From: an uncultured Oscillospiraceae bacterium
Lineage (GTDB): Bacteria > Bacillota > Clostridia > Oscillospirales > JAAYXM01
DNA: 56,883 nt
Direction of reading: 5' to 3'
Assembly (NCBI GenBank): GCA_934446465.1
Contig: CAKSEF010000004.1
Coordinates: forward strand, 1-56,883
Numbering within the stretch: the first letter of the stretch is position 1; the number at the start of each line of letters is the position of its first letter. The position numbers and the translations under genes were made by a program. The notes beneath the pieces are model-generated. The model was not told the origin of the DNA and did not search any database. It was given only the letters and a program-made list of their open reading frames with translations. Of the stretch, positions 55,019 to 56,883 are shown piece after piece.

Positions 55019-56846
55019 CACATTTACCTCCGCAGAGAAGCTTTGAAGCTCCGCATCCGAGACACTTTTCACGGCAGTTCGGGGACGCTTCTGAGCGGTA
55101 TGCTTTTTCGCGTTCGGAATAGAGGAATTTTTTTGAGACTCCTGCTGAGATATGTTCCCACGGCATTATTTCATCTTTTCCGCGTTCGCGGTTTGCATAG
55201 AAGCTTGCATCAATCCCGCATTCATCGAATGATGAGAGCCACAAATCGAGACTGAAATGCTCGTCCCACCCGTCAAGCTTTGCGCCTTTTTTCCACGCAG
55301 TTTCTATGACTTTGCCGAGACGTCTGTCCCCTCTGGCAAAAACGGCTTCGAGGAAACTGACATCAGGCTCGTGCCAATTATAAGTTATTGCTTTTGCGGT
55401 TATTGCTTCGCGCAGAAGTTTTGCTTTTCTGACAAACTCTTCACGGGTGTTCTGTGCCTCCCACTGAAACGGGGTGTCCGGTTTCGGAACAAAGCACGCT
55501 GCACTTACCGTTATTTTGACTCCGCGTTTTTTATTGGTCGCATGAGTTTTCCATAGATACAGAATTTTTTGAGAGAGCTCTGCTATTCCTTTAATATCCT
55601 CATCCGTTTCGGTCGGCAGTCCGAGCATAAAATAAAGCTTTACCGTACTTCTGCCGTTTTCAAACGCTATCTTGCAGGCGTTCATTATTTCATCCTCTGT
55701 GAGGTTTTTGTTTATTGCGTCGCGCAGTCTCCTGCTCCCGGCCTCGGGGGCAAATGTGAGTCCGCTGCTTCTTACTTTTTGCATTCTTTTCATCAGTTCA
55801 ACCGAGAAGTTGTCTGCGCGCAGAGACGGCAGCTGGAGGCTTATATTTCTCGGTTCGCACCATGCAAGCAGGCCGTCCGCGAGTGCGGGGAGTTCCTTAT
55901 AGTCGCTTGTTGAAAGCGACGCAAGCGATATCTCCTCATATCCTGTTTCCTCGCACATTTTCTTTCCTTGTTCTATTAATGTTTCTGCGTGCTTGGCCCG
56001 TACTGGACGGTAAGCATATCCCGCCTGACAAAAACGGCATCCGCGAATACACCCGCGGAAAACCTCAAGCGATACTCTGTCGTGGACAATCTCTGTAGAC
56101 GGCACTATTACCTTTGTCGGCACATAAACCGAGTCAAAGTCTTCAACTATACGCTTTACAACAACAGAGGGTGCACCGTCTCTTGCTGTTATTGACGATA
56201 CTGTTCCGTCCTCGTTATATGCAATATCATAGAGCGACGGAACATAGAGTCCGCCTATATCTGCCGCAAGACGCAAAAATTCGCGGCGGCTTTTCTTTTC
56301 CGCTTTGCATTTTTTATATAACTCACAAAGCTCAAGAGTCTGCTCTTCACCCTCGCCGATACAGAATATATCGATAAAGTCGCACAACGGTTCCGAATTA
56401 TAAGTACACGGACCTCCCGCAACTATTATCGGTTCATTCTCACCGCGCTCATCCGCTCTCACGGTTATGCCGCCGAGGTCCAGCATATTAAGCACGGCGG
56501 AATAGCTCATTTCATATTGAAGAGTGAACCCGACAATATCAAAATCGCACAACGGGTCGCCGCTTTCAAGCGCATACAGCTTAATATCATTCTTGCGCAG
56601 TTGTTCTTCCATATCGGGCCACGGAGCAAAAGCCCGTTCGCACCATATATCCGGCTGTTCATTCATGACACCGTAGAGGATTCTCAATCCCATATGGGAC
56701 ATTCCTATTTCGTAGATATCGGGAAAACAGAACGCATATCTCAAATTTATATCCTTTTTGTCCTTTATTACGGAATTATATTCACCACCCGTGTATCTTG
56801 CAGGTTTTTGAACAGATGCGAGTATTCTTTTCTTTTTGTTATCCAT
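55011..56846 (-). CDS. B12-binding-domain radical SAM protein (TIGR03960-like), function unknown
   Basis: MDNKKKRILASVQKPARYTGGEYN..., FRGCIRGCRFCQAG (CX3CX2C), 611 aa. Confidence 0.85.
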   Translation of the reverse strand: MDNKKKRILASVQKPARYTGGEYNSVIKDKKDINLRYAFCFPDIYEIGMSHMGLRILYGVMNEQPDIWCERAFAPWPDMEEQLRKNDIKLYALESGDPLCDFDIVGFTLQYEMSYSAVLNMLDLGGITVRADERGENEPIIVAGGPCTYNSEPLCDFIDIFCIGEGEEQTLELCELYKKCKAEKKSRREFLRLAADIGGLYVPSLYDIAYNEDGTVSSITARDGAPSVVVKRIVEDFDSVYVPTKVIVPSTEIVHDRVSLEVFRGCIRGCRFCQAGYAYRPVRAKHAETLIEQGKKMCEETGYEEISLASLSTSDYKELPALADGLLAWCEPRNISLQLPSLRADNFSVELMKRMQKVRSSGLTFAPEAGSRRLRDAINKNLTEDEIMNACKIAFENGRSTVKLYFMLGLPTETDEDIKGIAELSQKILYLWKTHATNKKRGVKITVSAACFVPKPDTPFQWEAQNTREEFVRKAKLLREAITAKAITYNWHEPDVSFLEAVFARGDRRLGKVIETAWKKGAKLDGWDEHFSLDLWLSSFDECGIDASFYANRERGKDEIMPWEHISAGVSKKFLYSEREKAYRSEASPNCREKCLGCGASKLLCGGKCDA

Positions 56847-56883
56847 ATGAAGTTCCCTCACGATAGGTTTGTATTTTTATATA

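Overview
This window looks like core chromosome from a spore-forming Firmicute, probably class Clostridia. Clade markers are an IspH-S1 fusion protein, a KOW-domain gene between map and infA, Prp plus an N-extended bL27, no spo0B between rpmA and obg, and several sporulation/germination genes. About 80 of the CDSs are on the minus strand.

Gene content in coordinate order:
- tRNA-Ser(GGA) with its own promoter and terminator.
- The rplKAJL / rpmG-secE-nusG cluster, including an L10-type attenuator leader.
- A heterodimeric ABC exporter.
- A chain of closely spaced or overlapping genes: trmB, an rpiR-family regulator, a flavoprotein, cmk, plsC and ispH::S1.
- A metal ABC importer (ATPase and permease only).
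- gltX-glnS, a PPi-type phosphofructokinase, a cwlJ/sleB-like gene with gerQ, and a Na/Pi-PhoU transporter.
- A phosphohexomutase-like protein that has lost its catalytic motifs.
- RNase J behind a long structured leader.
- A ParE/ParC-like type IIA topoisomerase pair.
- A small sporulation islet: yaaL, bofA, a tiny Cys-rich TM ORF, a bofC-like gene and an orphan GerA/SpoVAF-family gene.
- A lipid kinase and a P-loop ATPase of unknown function.
- The complete S10-spc-alpha ribosomal cluster (rpsJ to rplQ).
- obg, rplU-prp-rpmA, and a TIGR03960/TIGR03936 radical-SAM pair.

I found no CRISPR array, transposase, integrase, phage genes or recognisable defence cassette, and no obvious multi-gene novel system.

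The most unexplained items are:
- an orphan promoter-terminator unit encoding a roughly 100-nt non-coding RNA (31.7-31.9 kb);
- an untracked 37-aa Cys/Asn-rich membrane ORF;
- the structured rnj leader;
- the catalytically dead phosphohexomutase homologue;
- a Cys4 motif in uL24;
- two conserved unknown-function loci (the P-loop ATPase and the radical-SAM pair).

All calls come from reading the translations and sequence by eye. No database search was run.
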